DNA of 64,000 bases from an uncultured Gammaproteobacteria bacterium. GTDB taxonomy: Bacteria > Pseudomonadota > Gammaproteobacteria > Thiotrichales > Thiotrichaceae. This document shows positions 8,850-18,577 of the stretch, piece after piece. The stretch is from NCBI GenBank assembly GCA_963818325.1, contig CAWFRV010000004.1, positions 119,586 to 183,585 on the forward strand, written 5' to 3'. Under the pieces are notes generated by a model, which searched no databases, was not told the DNA's origin, and saw only the letters and a list, made by a program, of their open reading frames with translations. Position numbers and translations under genes: made by a program. The stretch's first letter is position 1. Each line of letters begins with the position of its first letter.

Positions 8850-8908
8850 GATGCCGCAACCTGCGATATTATCCATGCCAGCTTCGGTCATTACACACTG
8901 GGAATCGC

Positions 8909-9959
8909 ATGGAAACTTTCGGCAAACGCTATCACCCGCCCGGTACACCACCGGGAATCCTTGCACGCCACGGTACGGGTGGCGTAACGCGGATACGCCT
9001 GTTTGAATACGGGAGCGAGGCGTTTAGCGAAACCGACTTCGCCTACTGTAGAACAATGCCAAGCCGCCACTCGCAATGAGCTGGCGGACTGGTTAGACGT
9101 AACTGGCGTGCATGACCCAGCAGCGATCAGCCAACTGGGGGAAACCTTCGGCCTGCACCCGCTGGCACTGGAAGACATCCTCAACAGTGGGCAACGCCCT
9201 AAAATCGACTTTCATGAGCAGTACGCCTTCTTGATCCTCAACCTGCCCCATATGCTGAAAGACGAAATCGTGCTGGAACAAGTCAGCCTATTCGTCGGCG
9301 ACGGGCATTTGCTGAGCTTTTGCAGCGGTGACGGTGCAGCTTTTGATCCGGTACGTGAACGCCTGCGGCAAGGTTTCGGGCGCATCCGCACCCGTGGCGT
9401 GGACTATTTACTGTATACACTGGTGGACGTGGTAATCGACTCTGCTTTCCCGCTGTTAGAAGACCTTGGCGAACAAATCGAAGTATTAGAGGAACAGGTA
9501 CTGGCACGCCCTAACAAAGCTATCCTCAGTACCCTGCACCAACTCAAGCGTGATTTGTTGCTGCTACGCCGCGCCCTCTGGCCACAACGCGAAGTGATCA
9601 ACCGCCTGATCCAACATGATGCGGAACTGGTCAATGCCACCATGCGCCCCTATTTCAGCGACTGTTACGACCACGCGGTGCAAGTCATCGACTTGATCGA
9701 AACCTACCGCGAAATGCTCAGCGGCATGTTGGACATCTACCTTTCCAGCCTCAGCAACCGGATGAACGACATCATGCGGGTGCTGACCGTGGTGGGCACT
9801 ATTTTCATCCCGCTGACCTTTATCGTCGGGGTGTACGGGATGAATTTCGACCATATGCCAGAGCTGAAATGGGAATACGGCTATTTCATCATCTGGGGCA
9901 TTATGATTGCGCTGGCAGTCGGGATGCTGGCGGCCTTCCGCAGGAAGAAGTGGTTATGA
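8909..9959 (+). CDS. corA: Magnesium/cobalt transporter CorA (frameshift near 9040)
   Basis: PGTPPG N-terminus, LHPLALEDI...QRPK, GVYGMNF..MPEL signature. Confidence 0.93.
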
Positions 9960-10370
9960 CTCCCCTTCCGTCAGCAGTTCAAGATAGGCTTGCAAGGCCA
10001 ACGCCCGCTCCTTGACCACATCCGCCCGCTTACCTGCCATCACGGAGATCCACATGGTTCCATCCATCTGTGCATGGATGGCGTTGATCAACTCGAATTC
10101 CTTATCACGCTGGACAATCCATGCTTTTTGTGCCTGTTTGAGGGCATCTTGCCCGGCAGGCTTGAGCTTGCTTTGCAGCGCCTTGTACGCACGGTTGAGT
10201 TCCTTATCCCAGTCGGTTTCGGCACGGGTGAAGCATTCCAGCATCCCGGCGGTGGACTCGTTAGTTTTAAGGCAACTTTCAGTGGTCAAGTCGATGGTAT
10301 TCATAGCATCTTTGGCCTGCACCGCAGGGGCAAGCAACAAAACAAGGGCAAAGGGCGCGAAGTAGCGCAT
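9954..10370 (-). CDS. Lysozyme inhibitor LprI (DUF1311) family exported protein
   Basis: Signal peptide, C...STAGMLEC, WDKELNRAY, QAQKAWI..RD, GTM. Confidence 0.8.
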   Translation of the reverse strand: MRYFAPFALVLLLAPAVQAKDAMNTIDLTTESCLKTNESTAGMLECFTRAETDWDKELNRAYKALQSKLKPAGQDALKQAQKAWIVQRDKEFELINAIHAQMDGTMWISVMAGKRADVVKERALALQAYLELLTEGES

Positions 10371-10397
10371 GATGAATCCTCCCAAAAGAATAACGGC

Positions 10398-10751
10398 TTA
10401 CAACACATGCAAGGTCAGTTTCGCATAAGCATAAACGCAACCCAACAATGCCGCCAGCGGAATCCCCGCCGCCCCGACCACCAGCCATAGCATTAAACGC
10501 CGAAACGAAGCGTGCTGAAAGCGGAATTGGGTAAAAGTATAAATACCGATCAACAACAATTCGATCAGCGCCGTCCCCATAATCAGCACGATGACAAAAT
10601 CCACCGTTTCAGTGTAACCGTGCAACACCAACGAACCCACCAGTGAAAACCCGTAGCCAATAAAATAGCCCGGAATCAACAATGATAGCCACCCAACCCA
10701 GAACAATGACTGTTGCCAGACAGCATAATTCGGCGCATTCACCTTAACCAT
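10398..10751 (-). CDS. Hypothetical membrane protein
   Basis: Three hydrophobic segments; start uncertain. Confidence 0.55.
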   Translation of the reverse strand: MVKVNAPNYAVWQQSLFWVGWLSLLIPGYFIGYGFSLVGSLVLHGYTETVDFVIVLIMGTALIELLLIGIYTFTQFRFQHASFRRLMLWLVVGAAGIPLAALLGCVYAYAKLTLHVL

Positions 10752-10908
10752 AAAATAACCACTCACAAAAAAAGACATATGACTCATCTAGTTCATAGCA
10801 AAGACTTATCAAAATTGCTGAATTACCTTTACCACCACTTATACCCGGCCTGATTTTCCTGACGGACTGCCCCTCAGCGCAGAAAATTAACTTTTTTTCA
10901 TCCAAATC

Positions 10909-10936
10909 CAATCCAGTTTCCCGCAACAGTCCGTAA
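10909..10936 (+). promoter_or_regulatory. Putative ECF sigma promoter CAATCC-N16-CCGTAA
   Basis: Same motif and spacing upstream of the ECF sigma gene at 16110-16137. Confidence 0.7.
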
Positions 10937-11009
10937 CTAACAGCAAGTGGTTCAGCAAACCTGAACAAACTTGTTATCACCCGAAAACCAATGCTCTTGG
11001 AGAATGGCT

Positions 11010-12495
11010 ATGAAAACACATCAAAAACTGGCACTGGCTGCCCTGACACTGGCAGTATCCAGCGCAGTACAAGTACAGGCATCCAGCCACCGCGAAGCCC
11101 CCTTCATTACCGAAAACCCCAAGGTTGACGCCACCGACTTCTACGCCTTCCGCAGTTATGAAGCCGGGGCGCGAAGGCTATGTCACCCTGATTGCCAACT
11201 ACAACCCGCTGCAAGACCCGTATGGCGGCCCCAACTATTTCAGCCTGTCACCCGATGCGCTGTATGAAATCCACATCGACAACAGCGGTGATGCCAAGGA
11301 AGACCTGACCTTCCAGTTCCGCATCACCAACGAACTGGGCAACGCTGGCAAAGGCATTGCCCTGCCGATTGGCGGCAAGGATATTCCCGTACCGCTGGTG
11401 AATATTGGCCCGGTCACTGATACCGATTCCAGCAGCCTGAATTTCCGCGAATCCTACAACCTGACGATGGTCAAAGGCGACCGCCGCACCGGCGAAAAGC
11501 ACGAAGCTATCAACCCCGCCAACAGCAGCAAAACGTTTGCCAAACCACTGGACAATGTGGGTAGCAAAACCTTCAGCACCCAAGCTTACGACCAGTACGC
11601 CCACACCTTCATCCAGCCAGTGCAATTAACGGGTTGCCCTAGCGGGGCGCAAGACGGCAAGGTATTCGTCGGTCAACGCAAAGACCCGTTTGCCGTCAAT
11701 CTCGGTGAAATCTTCGACCTCGTAAACCTCGACCCGACAGGTTCACCGGATGCCAAACCGGATGCACTGGCGCATAAAAACGTCACCACCTTTGCGCTGG
11801 AAGTCCCGATTGCCTGTTTGACCGGCGGCAACAGCAACGGCATTTTCGGGGCATGGACAAGCGCCAGCCTGCCCCAAGTCAGCGTGCTGGATCCAACCCC
11901 GGACAAGCTCAAAGCCAAAGTCAGCGGCGGTGCATGGACACAGGTTTCGCGCCTCGGTATGCCACTGGTTAATGAAGTGGTCATCGGCTTGCCCGACAAA
12001 AACCTGTTCAACGCCAGCGAACCCAAGGATGATGCCGCGCAATTCCTGCATTACGTCACCAACCCCAGCTTGCCGGTACTGCTGAATGCGCTGTTTGGCG
12101 TGACTGCACCAACCGATGCAGGTCGCCCTGATCTGGTAGCTGCTTTCCTGACCGGCTTGAAAGGCGTGAATGCCGACGGTTCGGCGGCAGAAATGATGCG
12201 CCTCAATACCGGCATCGCCGCCACCGCGAAAGCCAGCCAGAACAACCTTGGCGTGGCAGCAGGCGATGCGGCTGGTTTCCCCAACGGTCGTCGCCCCGGT
12301 GATGATGTGGTGGATGCGGAACTGCGGGTTGCAATGGGCTTGCTGTGCCACCTGCCACTGGGTTTGTGTACCCCGGAACAAGCGCCTAGCGGGATGATTC
12401 CTTACACCGACGGCACACCGCAAAACGCAGGCCAGTTCGATGAGAACTTCCCTTACCTGACCACACCACTGGCTGGTTCACCCAACACAAACTAA
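11010..12495 (+). CDS. DUF4331 domain exported protein (frameshift near 11165)
   Basis: Signal peptide, SSHREAP, DATDFYAF, GQRKDPF, QVSRLGMPLVNEV, GFPNGRRPGDDVVD, FPYL. Confidence 0.9.
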
Positions 12496-12508
12496 GGGAG
12501 GCATTGCC

Positions 12509-12822
12509 ATGAAAAACCAATACTGGAAACTATCCGCCAGCACCTTGCTGCTGACCCTGCTGAGCGCCTGTGGTGGTGGCAGTGGTGGCAACACACGACT
12601 GAAACCGATAACGGCGACACAGGTGGCGGAACCAGCACCTCCGCCAGCCGGGTGCAAGCCATCGCCAATGCCACCACGACCGCCAAAGCGACGGATGTCA
12701 CCGACCCTGCGGGTCTGCAACAAGACCTGAGCAGCGTGTTTGGTGCGGCTGACGGCGAGCCTGTTCCGGTCAATAGCGGCGACACCGTGCAAACGGTCAT
12801 CAACCGGGCAGCGGGGCAATAA
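12509..12822 (+). CDS. Small lipoprotein (frameshift near 12595)
   Basis: Lipobox LSAC followed by GGGS; second frame continues to TAA at 12820-12822. Confidence 0.65.
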
Positions 12823-12824
12823 CC

Positions 12825-13862
12825 ATGCAACCGAAACAGAGACCTGCATCTGTTTCACCTGTTACAGGGCGGCGTTACGGCGCTGTCCTGTGCTTTTCCC
12901 TCCTGCTGGGCTTGCCTGCCGTGTTGCAGGCAGCCCCCCACATACCCGAGCAGTGAGAGCGAAGTGCTGGAAGTATTACCCACCCAGCTACGGGGAAACA
13001 ACAACCCAATCAGCCGCCTGCGGGCGCAATGGCGTGCCAACCCGCACGATACCACCACGGTCGCCGCGCTTGCCCGCCTCTATATCGAAACCGGGCGCGA
13101 ACAAGCCGACCCGCGTTACTACGGCTATGCCGAAGCACTCCTGCAACCGTGGTGGCAACAAGCCGAACCCACCCGCCGAACTGTTGCTGCTACGTGCCAC
13201 CATCCGCCAGCATCAACCACGAATACGCCGCCGCCATCGCAAGACCTTGAGCAACTGGTGCAAGCGAAACCCGAACCAGACCCAAGCATGGCTAACCCTT
13301 GCCACCGTCCAGTTGGTCAACAAGGAATACGCCGCTGCCCGCCGCAGTTGTTCCGCACTGGCAACGCACGCTTCAACATGGTTTGCGACACTCTGTTACA
13401 GCCAAGTCATGAGCCAGAACGGTGATGCCGAACGTGCCTACCGCCTGCAAACCACCTTGTTGCCGCAATTGGGTAAGGAACAGGTGGAATTGCGCCAATG
13501 GGTACTCACCTTACTGGGCGAAACCGCCGCCCGCACTCGGCAAAGCGCCCGAAGCCGACCAGCATTTTCGGGCAGCATTAGCCGAACCACGCCGCGACAA
13601 TTACCTGTTGCGGGTGTACAGCGACTTCCTCATCAGCCAGCAGCGCCCGCAGGAAGTCATCACGCTGTTGCAAGATAAAACCAGCGATGATGCGCTGTTG
13701 TTACGCCTTGCTATCGCCAGCCGTGATGCCCAGCAAACGGCTGACACCGCCCGTTATCAAGCCCTGCTCGAAGCCCGCTACCAAGCCGCCAAGCTACGCG
13801 GTAGTACGCTGCACGCAGAGGATGAAGCCTTGTATGCACGTACCTTTGGAGCAGCAACATGA
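12825..13862 (+). CDS. TPR-like repeat protein (several frameshifts)
   Basis: DPRYYGYAEALL, LLLRATI, QAWLTLATV, YLLRVYSDFL, DALLLRLA across three frames. Confidence 0.7.
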
Positions 13863-15008
13863 TGATGAACAACCGCCTCCACTACTTCTGGGGAATCTGC
13901 CTGTTGCTGTTGCCACTGGCGGCTTTCGCCCACAAACCCAGCGACAGCTACCTGTTTTTGCAGGATCAGCCGGATCGGCAAGACCGGCTTGCGCTGGGAC
14001 ATTGCGCTGCGTGATCTGGAACAGGCCATCGGGCTGGACAGCGATGCTGATGGCAAGATCACTTGGGGCGAATTGCAACACCAACAAACCGCACTGGATG
14101 CTTACGCCCTCAGCCGTTTGCACCTGCAACAGGGCGGTACTGCCTGCCAGCCGCAGGTAACGGGTTTGCAAACCGAAACCCATACCGACGGCGGTTATGC
14201 GGTGGTACTGATGAACGCTGGTTGCCCCGCTACCGCCAGCGGTGCATTGCAGGTGGAATACAGCCTGCTGTTTGATATTGACCCGACCCACCGGGGTATT
14301 CTGTTGGATCAGCGGGCAGGTTCCGGGGCGGCTTCCTACATTTTTTCCACCGATCACCCCAAGCAGGAACTGACGGTACAGAGCGGCGGCTGGCTGCCGA
14401 TTTTGCTGAATTATATCCGCGAAGGCGTTTACCACATTCTGAGCGGGTTCGACCATTTGCTGTTCATTGCCATGCTGATCCTGCCTGCCGTACTGGTGTT
14501 GAAACAGCGGCAATGGCAACAGGTGGAATCGTTCCGCCCCGCCTTGATTAATCTGCTGAAAGTGATTACGGCGTTCACGGTGGCGCATTCCATTACCCTG
14601 TCGCTGGCAGTGCTGGGAGTAGTGGATTTACCTTCGCGGCTGGTGGAATCGGCGATTGCGCTGTCCATTATCGTGGTGGCGGTGAATATCCTGTACCCCA
14701 TCATTACCCATGACCAATGGAAGCTGGCGTTTGTGTTCGGGCTGCTGCACGGCTTCGGCTTCGCCAGCGTGCTGAGGGATTTGGAAATGCCTGCCGGGGC
14801 ATTGGCAGAAGCCTTGTTTGGCTTCAATGTGGGGGTGGAACTGGGGCAATTGCTGCTGGTGCTGCTGCTGTTCCCGCTGGCCTACCTGCTGCGCCCGACC
14901 CGCTTTTACCGGGTGGGCGTGTTGAATGGGGCTGCGAGCATCACCGTGGTGTTGGCGGGCATGTGGTTTGTGGAACGGGCATTCAACACTCAATGGCTAG
15001 CATCTTGA
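13859..15008 (+). CDS. HupE/UreJ family membrane protein
   Basis: AHKPSDSYL after signal peptide, GVYHILSGFDHLLF, TAFTVAHSITL, FGLLHGFGFA, FNVGVELGQ. Confidence 0.88.
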
Positions 15009-15018
15009 ATAACCCGGC

Positions 15019-15501
15019 TTATGCCGGTAACGCACCTTTCAGGAACGCCAGCGCCCCACTTTCAGTCTTCAATCTACCATGATGCACACCTTTGGCGGCA
15101 AAGTGGTAATCACCGGCGCGTAGATGCAAATCGCCAAACCACAATTCGCCTTCCAGCATGATGCATTCTTCATCGAAAGGATGCGGATGCCCGTGCATTT
15201 CAAAACCGGGGGCAAGTTTTGCCAGATAGGTAAGCAAACCGGAATCGCCTTCCTGATGGAGGATTTTGATACGTGCGCCGGGCAACGCCTCAAACCATTC
15301 GCCTTCATTAGCGCGGATGGTCTTGAAACCGGGGAGGATGCCCGCTTCTTCCTGAGCAACCTTGGTCAGGATGTTGTGGCGCATCCGGGTGTGTAGGGCA
15401 AGTGGAATCTCAAACGCCTCCTGCGCTTCCGCCAGCAATTGCAGGATGTCTTCATCCAATACCGGCGGGGTAGTCAATGCGTTGTGATTAGTTGCCATCA
15501 T
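15019..15501 (-). CDS. ChrR-like cupin anti-sigma factor
   Basis: HGHPHPFDEECIMLEG...GDYH...HH; overlaps the ECF sigma gene. Confidence 0.8.
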   Translation of the reverse strand: MMATNHNALTTPPVLDEDILQLLAEAQEAFEIPLALHTRMRHNILTKVAQEEAGILPGFKTIRANEGEWFEALPGARIKILHQEGDSGLLTYLAKLAPGFEMHGHPHPFDEECIMLEGELWFGDLHLRAGDYHFAAKGVHHGRLKTESGALAFLKGALPA

Positions 15502-16048
15502 ATGCTCCCCGCAATATGCTTTGGGCGCGGCGCAAAATAGACTTCACCGTGCCCAGCGGCTCGCCACTGTATTCGGCAATTTCCTGATGGCTCATGCCCC
15601 GGTAAAATGCTAATGCAATCATCTGACGTTGTTGTCCATCCAATAGTTTCAAAGCCTCAGCCAGCACCGCGCCCTGTTCCACACCCAAGGTATTAGACAG
15701 TGGATCAAGCGCATGATTATCCGCCACATCATAATCTTCTGTGAGTGGAACCTGATGACGGGTGGCGCTGCTTTCGCGCCGTAAGGTATCAATGGCACGG
15801 CTATGCGCCATCATCAATACCCAGCCCAATGGCGTCGCCCGCTCGGCAGTGTAGCTGGTTGCATTATGCCAAACTTGCATGAATACATCGCCGACAATCT
15901 CTTCTGCCAGCTCATGATTTGAGGTCACTTTGAGGGCAACAGCAAATACCCGCCTGACGGTTACATCGTAAAACACCCCAAGCGCCGCCTGATCACCTCG
16001 TTGGATTTTCTCCAGCAAAGCATAAAGCTCGGCTTGATCCTGCGCCAT
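15488..16048 (-). CDS. ECF RNA polymerase sigma factor
   Basis: AEEIVGDVFMQVW, GWVLMMAHSRAID, LAFYRGMSHQEIA...PLGTVKS. Confidence 0.92.
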   Translation of the reverse strand: MAQDQAELYALLEKIQRGDQAALGVFYDVTVRRVFAVALKVTSNHELAEEIVGDVFMQVWHNATSYTAERATPLGWVLMMAHSRAIDTLRRESSATRHQVPLTEDYDVADNHALDPLSNTLGVEQGAVLAEALKLLDGQQRQMIALAFYRGMSHQEIAEYSGEPLGTVKSILRRAQSILRGAYDGN

Positions 16049-16109
16049 TATACTTCTCCACTAAAACAGTCCTTAAAGTTTAACACAGAGACTATAAGAC
16101 CTACTGCTA

Positions 16110-16137
16110 TTACGGAATGCACTGCCAAAGTGGATTG
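16110..16137 (-). promoter_or_regulatory. Putative autoregulatory ECF promoter CAATCC-N16-CCGTAA
   Basis: Reverse complement reads CAATCCACTTTGGCAGTGCATTCCGTAA, about 60 bp upstream of the sigma start. Confidence 0.7.
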
Positions 16138-16159
16138 TTTTGGTAGTAAAATACCCCCC

Positions 16160-16750
16160 ATGCACAAAATTGACCAGCTTACCGCAACTGAGATTGCCGA
16201 GCGCCTCAGTACACCCGCTAAACCCACACATGACGTAGCCTTAGATGCTTGCCGTGAAGCTGGGGTGTTGGTTCCGTTTGTGCGGATGGGGGATGCATGG
16301 CATCTGTTGTTCATCCGCCGCCCCGCCTCTGAGAAAGATTTGCACAGCGGCGAAGTGGCATTTGCAGGCGGTAAGCGTGACCCAGCCGATGCCGACCTGA
16401 CCGCCACGGCATTACGCGAAGCGCATGAAGAAATTGGTATCTTGCCGCAAGATGTGCAGGTATTAGGGCAGCTCGGCCTACACCATAGCATTAGCCGTTT
16501 CCGCATCTTGCCGGTGGTGGGGCATGTGCCTTGGCCTTACGACCTCACCCTCAGCACGCTGGAAGTCGCAAGGGCTTTCACCATCCCGCTAGAATGGCTG
16601 GCACAACCGCAACATTACCAGCTTTGCTACCGTCAGGTCGCAGGTGTAGAGGAGCCGTTGCCGGTGGTTTACTTTCAGGAATATGACCACGAGATTTTGT
16701 GGGGGGCGACAGCACGGATTACGCTTTCCTTGCTGGCCTGTCTGCGATAA
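16160..16750 (+). CDS. NUDIX CoA pyrophosphatase (NudL-like)
   Basis: HSGEVAFAGGKRD...TALREAHEEIG, ILWGATA. Confidence 0.88.
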   Translation: MHKIDQLTATEIAERLSTPAKPTHDVALDACREAGVLVPFVRMGDAWHLLFIRRPASEKDLHSGEVAFAGGKRDPADADLTATALREAHEEIGILPQDVQVLGQLGLHHSISRFRILPVVGHVPWPYDLTLSTLEVARAFTIPLEWLAQPQHYQLCYRQVAGVEEPLPVVYFQEYDHEILWGATARITLSLLACLR

Positions 16751-16878
16751 AGAAAACCGCCCACAGCAAGAACATCAGGCTAAGAGAGGAGGAGGAGAGT
16801 AAACCTGTCTGTCCATGCGCTGTGGGCGCTTGCAAATGATCCCGCCGCTAGGAGGAGGAGAGAGAACCGGGATCACTT
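16750..16878 (-). ncRNA. Candidate sRNA with two CUCUCCUCCUCC-loop hairpins and U-tail (suhB/MmgR/cuckoo-like)
   Basis: Stem TGATCCCG/CGGGATCA with C/U loop; stem CGCCCACAGC/GCTGTGGGCG enclosing a second C/U loop; then GTTTTCTTT. Confidence 0.7.
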
Positions 16879-16932
16879 ATTATTGCAATGCACAAAGGAT
16901 AAGAATTTTCAGGAAAGTGAACAAGCTACAAT

Positions 16933-16953
16933 TTCTTAACCTAATGGTTAGAA
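16933..16953. promoter_or_regulatory. Palindromic LysR-type operator upstream of the candidate sRNA
   Basis: TTCT-TAACC-TAAT-GGTTA-GAA inverted repeat containing CTAAT. Confidence 0.5.
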
Positions 16954-16956
16954 AAG

Positions 16957-17925
16957 CTAACCTGAGGAATATTCGCTACTTTGTGCCTGTGCTTCTGCCC
17001 GCAACCATTCCACAAACGTATCGGTGGCGTATTGGTGCAAGGGGGCTTGTGGCTGGCGAAAAATATAATAGGCATGTTCCAGTGGCAGGGGCAAATCGAA
17101 AGGAATACGCAGCCTGCCCGCGTCAATGTCGGATTGCGCCAGTGGCTTGATGCTCAACAACACACCCTGCCCGTCGACCGCTGCATCCAACGCCAATGCC
17201 ACATGGTTAAAATGCAAGCCCCGGTTGGCCTTGACGCCGCTAACCCTTTGGCGTTTCAGCCATGTATCCCAGCTTGGATGCCCAACATAATCAGTATCGT
17301 CATGCAATAAGGTGTGGAATGCCAGATCCTCCGGCGTCCGCAACGGGTGTGGGTGAGCATCGCTTACCAAAACAGGGCTGCATACCGGAACCGCTGACAC
17401 CGCAAACAGTTTTTCCACGCCCTCCCCCGTATACTGCCCTGCCCCAAAACCAATCACCACATCGACCTGATTTTGGCGGAAGAACCTGTCCACCAAACCG
17501 CCTTCTTGCTGAAAATCAGCATCCACCAGCCCGACATTGCTATTGATTTGCATATCAATTTCGGGGTGTTGGCGGGAAAAACGGTGTAAACGCGGGATCA
17601 GCCATTTGGATGCAAACGAGGGGGCGGCACATACCGTAATGCGTTCGCCCTGCTTTTCGCTGCGCATCAAATGCACCGCTTCAGCCAGATTGTCGAAACC
17701 CTGACGCAGTTTGGGCAACGCCGCCTCTGCCGCTTTACTGAGGATAATCGCACGGTTTTTACGCTCAATTAGGGCAAACCCCAAGTAATCCTCCAGAAAT
17801 TTAATCTGGTGGCTAATGGCGGCGCGGGTCACATTGAGTTCACCCGCCGCTTTGGTAAAGCTCAGGTGGCGGGCGACGGCCTCAAAGGCACGCAAGGCAT
17901 TCAGGGGGGGCAATTGTTGAGACAT
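16957..17925 (-). CDS. GcvA-like LysR transcriptional regulator
   Basis: LPPLNALRAFEAVARHLSFTKAAGELNVTRAAISHQIK; SFASKWLIPRL. Confidence 0.88.
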   Translation of the reverse strand: MSQQLPPLNALRAFEAVARHLSFTKAAGELNVTRAAISHQIKFLEDYLGFALIERKNRAIILSKAAEAALPKLRQGFDNLAEAVHLMRSEKQGERITVCAAPSFASKWLIPRLHRFSRQHPEIDMQINSNVGLVDADFQQEGGLVDRFFRQNQVDVVIGFGAGQYTGEGVEKLFAVSAVPVCSPVLVSDAHPHPLRTPEDLAFHTLLHDDTDYVGHPSWDTWLKRQRVSGVKANRGLHFNHVALALDAAVDGQGVLLSIKPLAQSDIDAGRLRIPFDLPLPLEHAYYIFRQPQAPLHQYATDTFVEWLRAEAQAQSSEYSSG

Positions 17926-17974
17926 GGCGTAATTATGCCTGCTATGGTATTTTTAATCCTGAGTAAAATGCTTT

Positions 17975-18577
17975 TTAACCCAACAATGCAGCCACTTTTT
18001 TACGGTCTGCCCGCTTCATCGCCTTGCCGGTGATCGGGCTGATCGGCGCACCCGCAAAACGCTCATCATGGGGAAACACCATCAGCTCCACTTCCACATC
18101 ATCGACGTAAAAGCGCAGCAGCGGAAAATACTCCTGCTTCTTGTTCCCCAGACGGGTACGGCGCTCGTGGGTCTGGAAGGGGATGTGCTGATCGCCCAGA
18201 AAAAACATCACCTCTTCCACGCCATCCGCCGCCGCCAGATACAGGGTAACGGCTGAATATGGGCTGGATGTCCCCTCCAACGCCGCGCCGGTCAAGTAAG
18301 GGTGATAGGCTTGCAGGAAATCCATCGCCTCCAGCGCCACTTCCCGATGATGCCGCAGCAATGCAGGTTGGGAATCAGCATCAAACAGTAAGATGCGCTG
18401 GTGGATAGCCGCCTCGATTTCCTCATTGGTCGGCTGACCGCTGCCATGCGCAGAAACCCCCAATTGTTCCGCCGCCCGCAGCTTGGCAAGCCGATAGTCA
18501 CGCATACCTTCTTCATAGATCAGGCGGGCAGCTTCTTCCGCCACCAAATGGCGCAGTTCTTCACGGGTATTACGCAT
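17975..18577 (-). CDS. Conserved hypothetical protein (nucleotidyltransferase-like)
   Basis: AEEAARLI...DYRLAKLRAA, PYLTGAALEGT; coupled to the mrcA stop. Confidence 0.6.
   Translation of the reverse strand: MRNTREELRHLVAEEAARLIYEEGMRDYRLAKLRAAEQLGVSAHGSGQPTNEEIEAAIHQRILLFDADSQPALLRHHREVALEAMDFLQAYHPYLTGAALEGTSSPYSAVTLYLAAADGVEEVMFFLGDQHIPFQTHERRTRLGNKKQEYFPLLRFYVDDVEVELMVFPHDERFAGAPISPITGKAMKRADRKKVAALLG

Noticed and set aside
8501-9079. Apparent ferredoxin-CorA N-terminus fusion ORF
   Set aside because: One extra base near 8834 bypasses the TAA at 8847-8849; corA has its own start at 8909.
16750-16878. Plus-strand CsrA/RsmA-titrating RNA (GGA-rich loops)
   Set aside because: The U-tract and putative promoter elements favour the minus strand; stranded data would be needed to exclude it fully.
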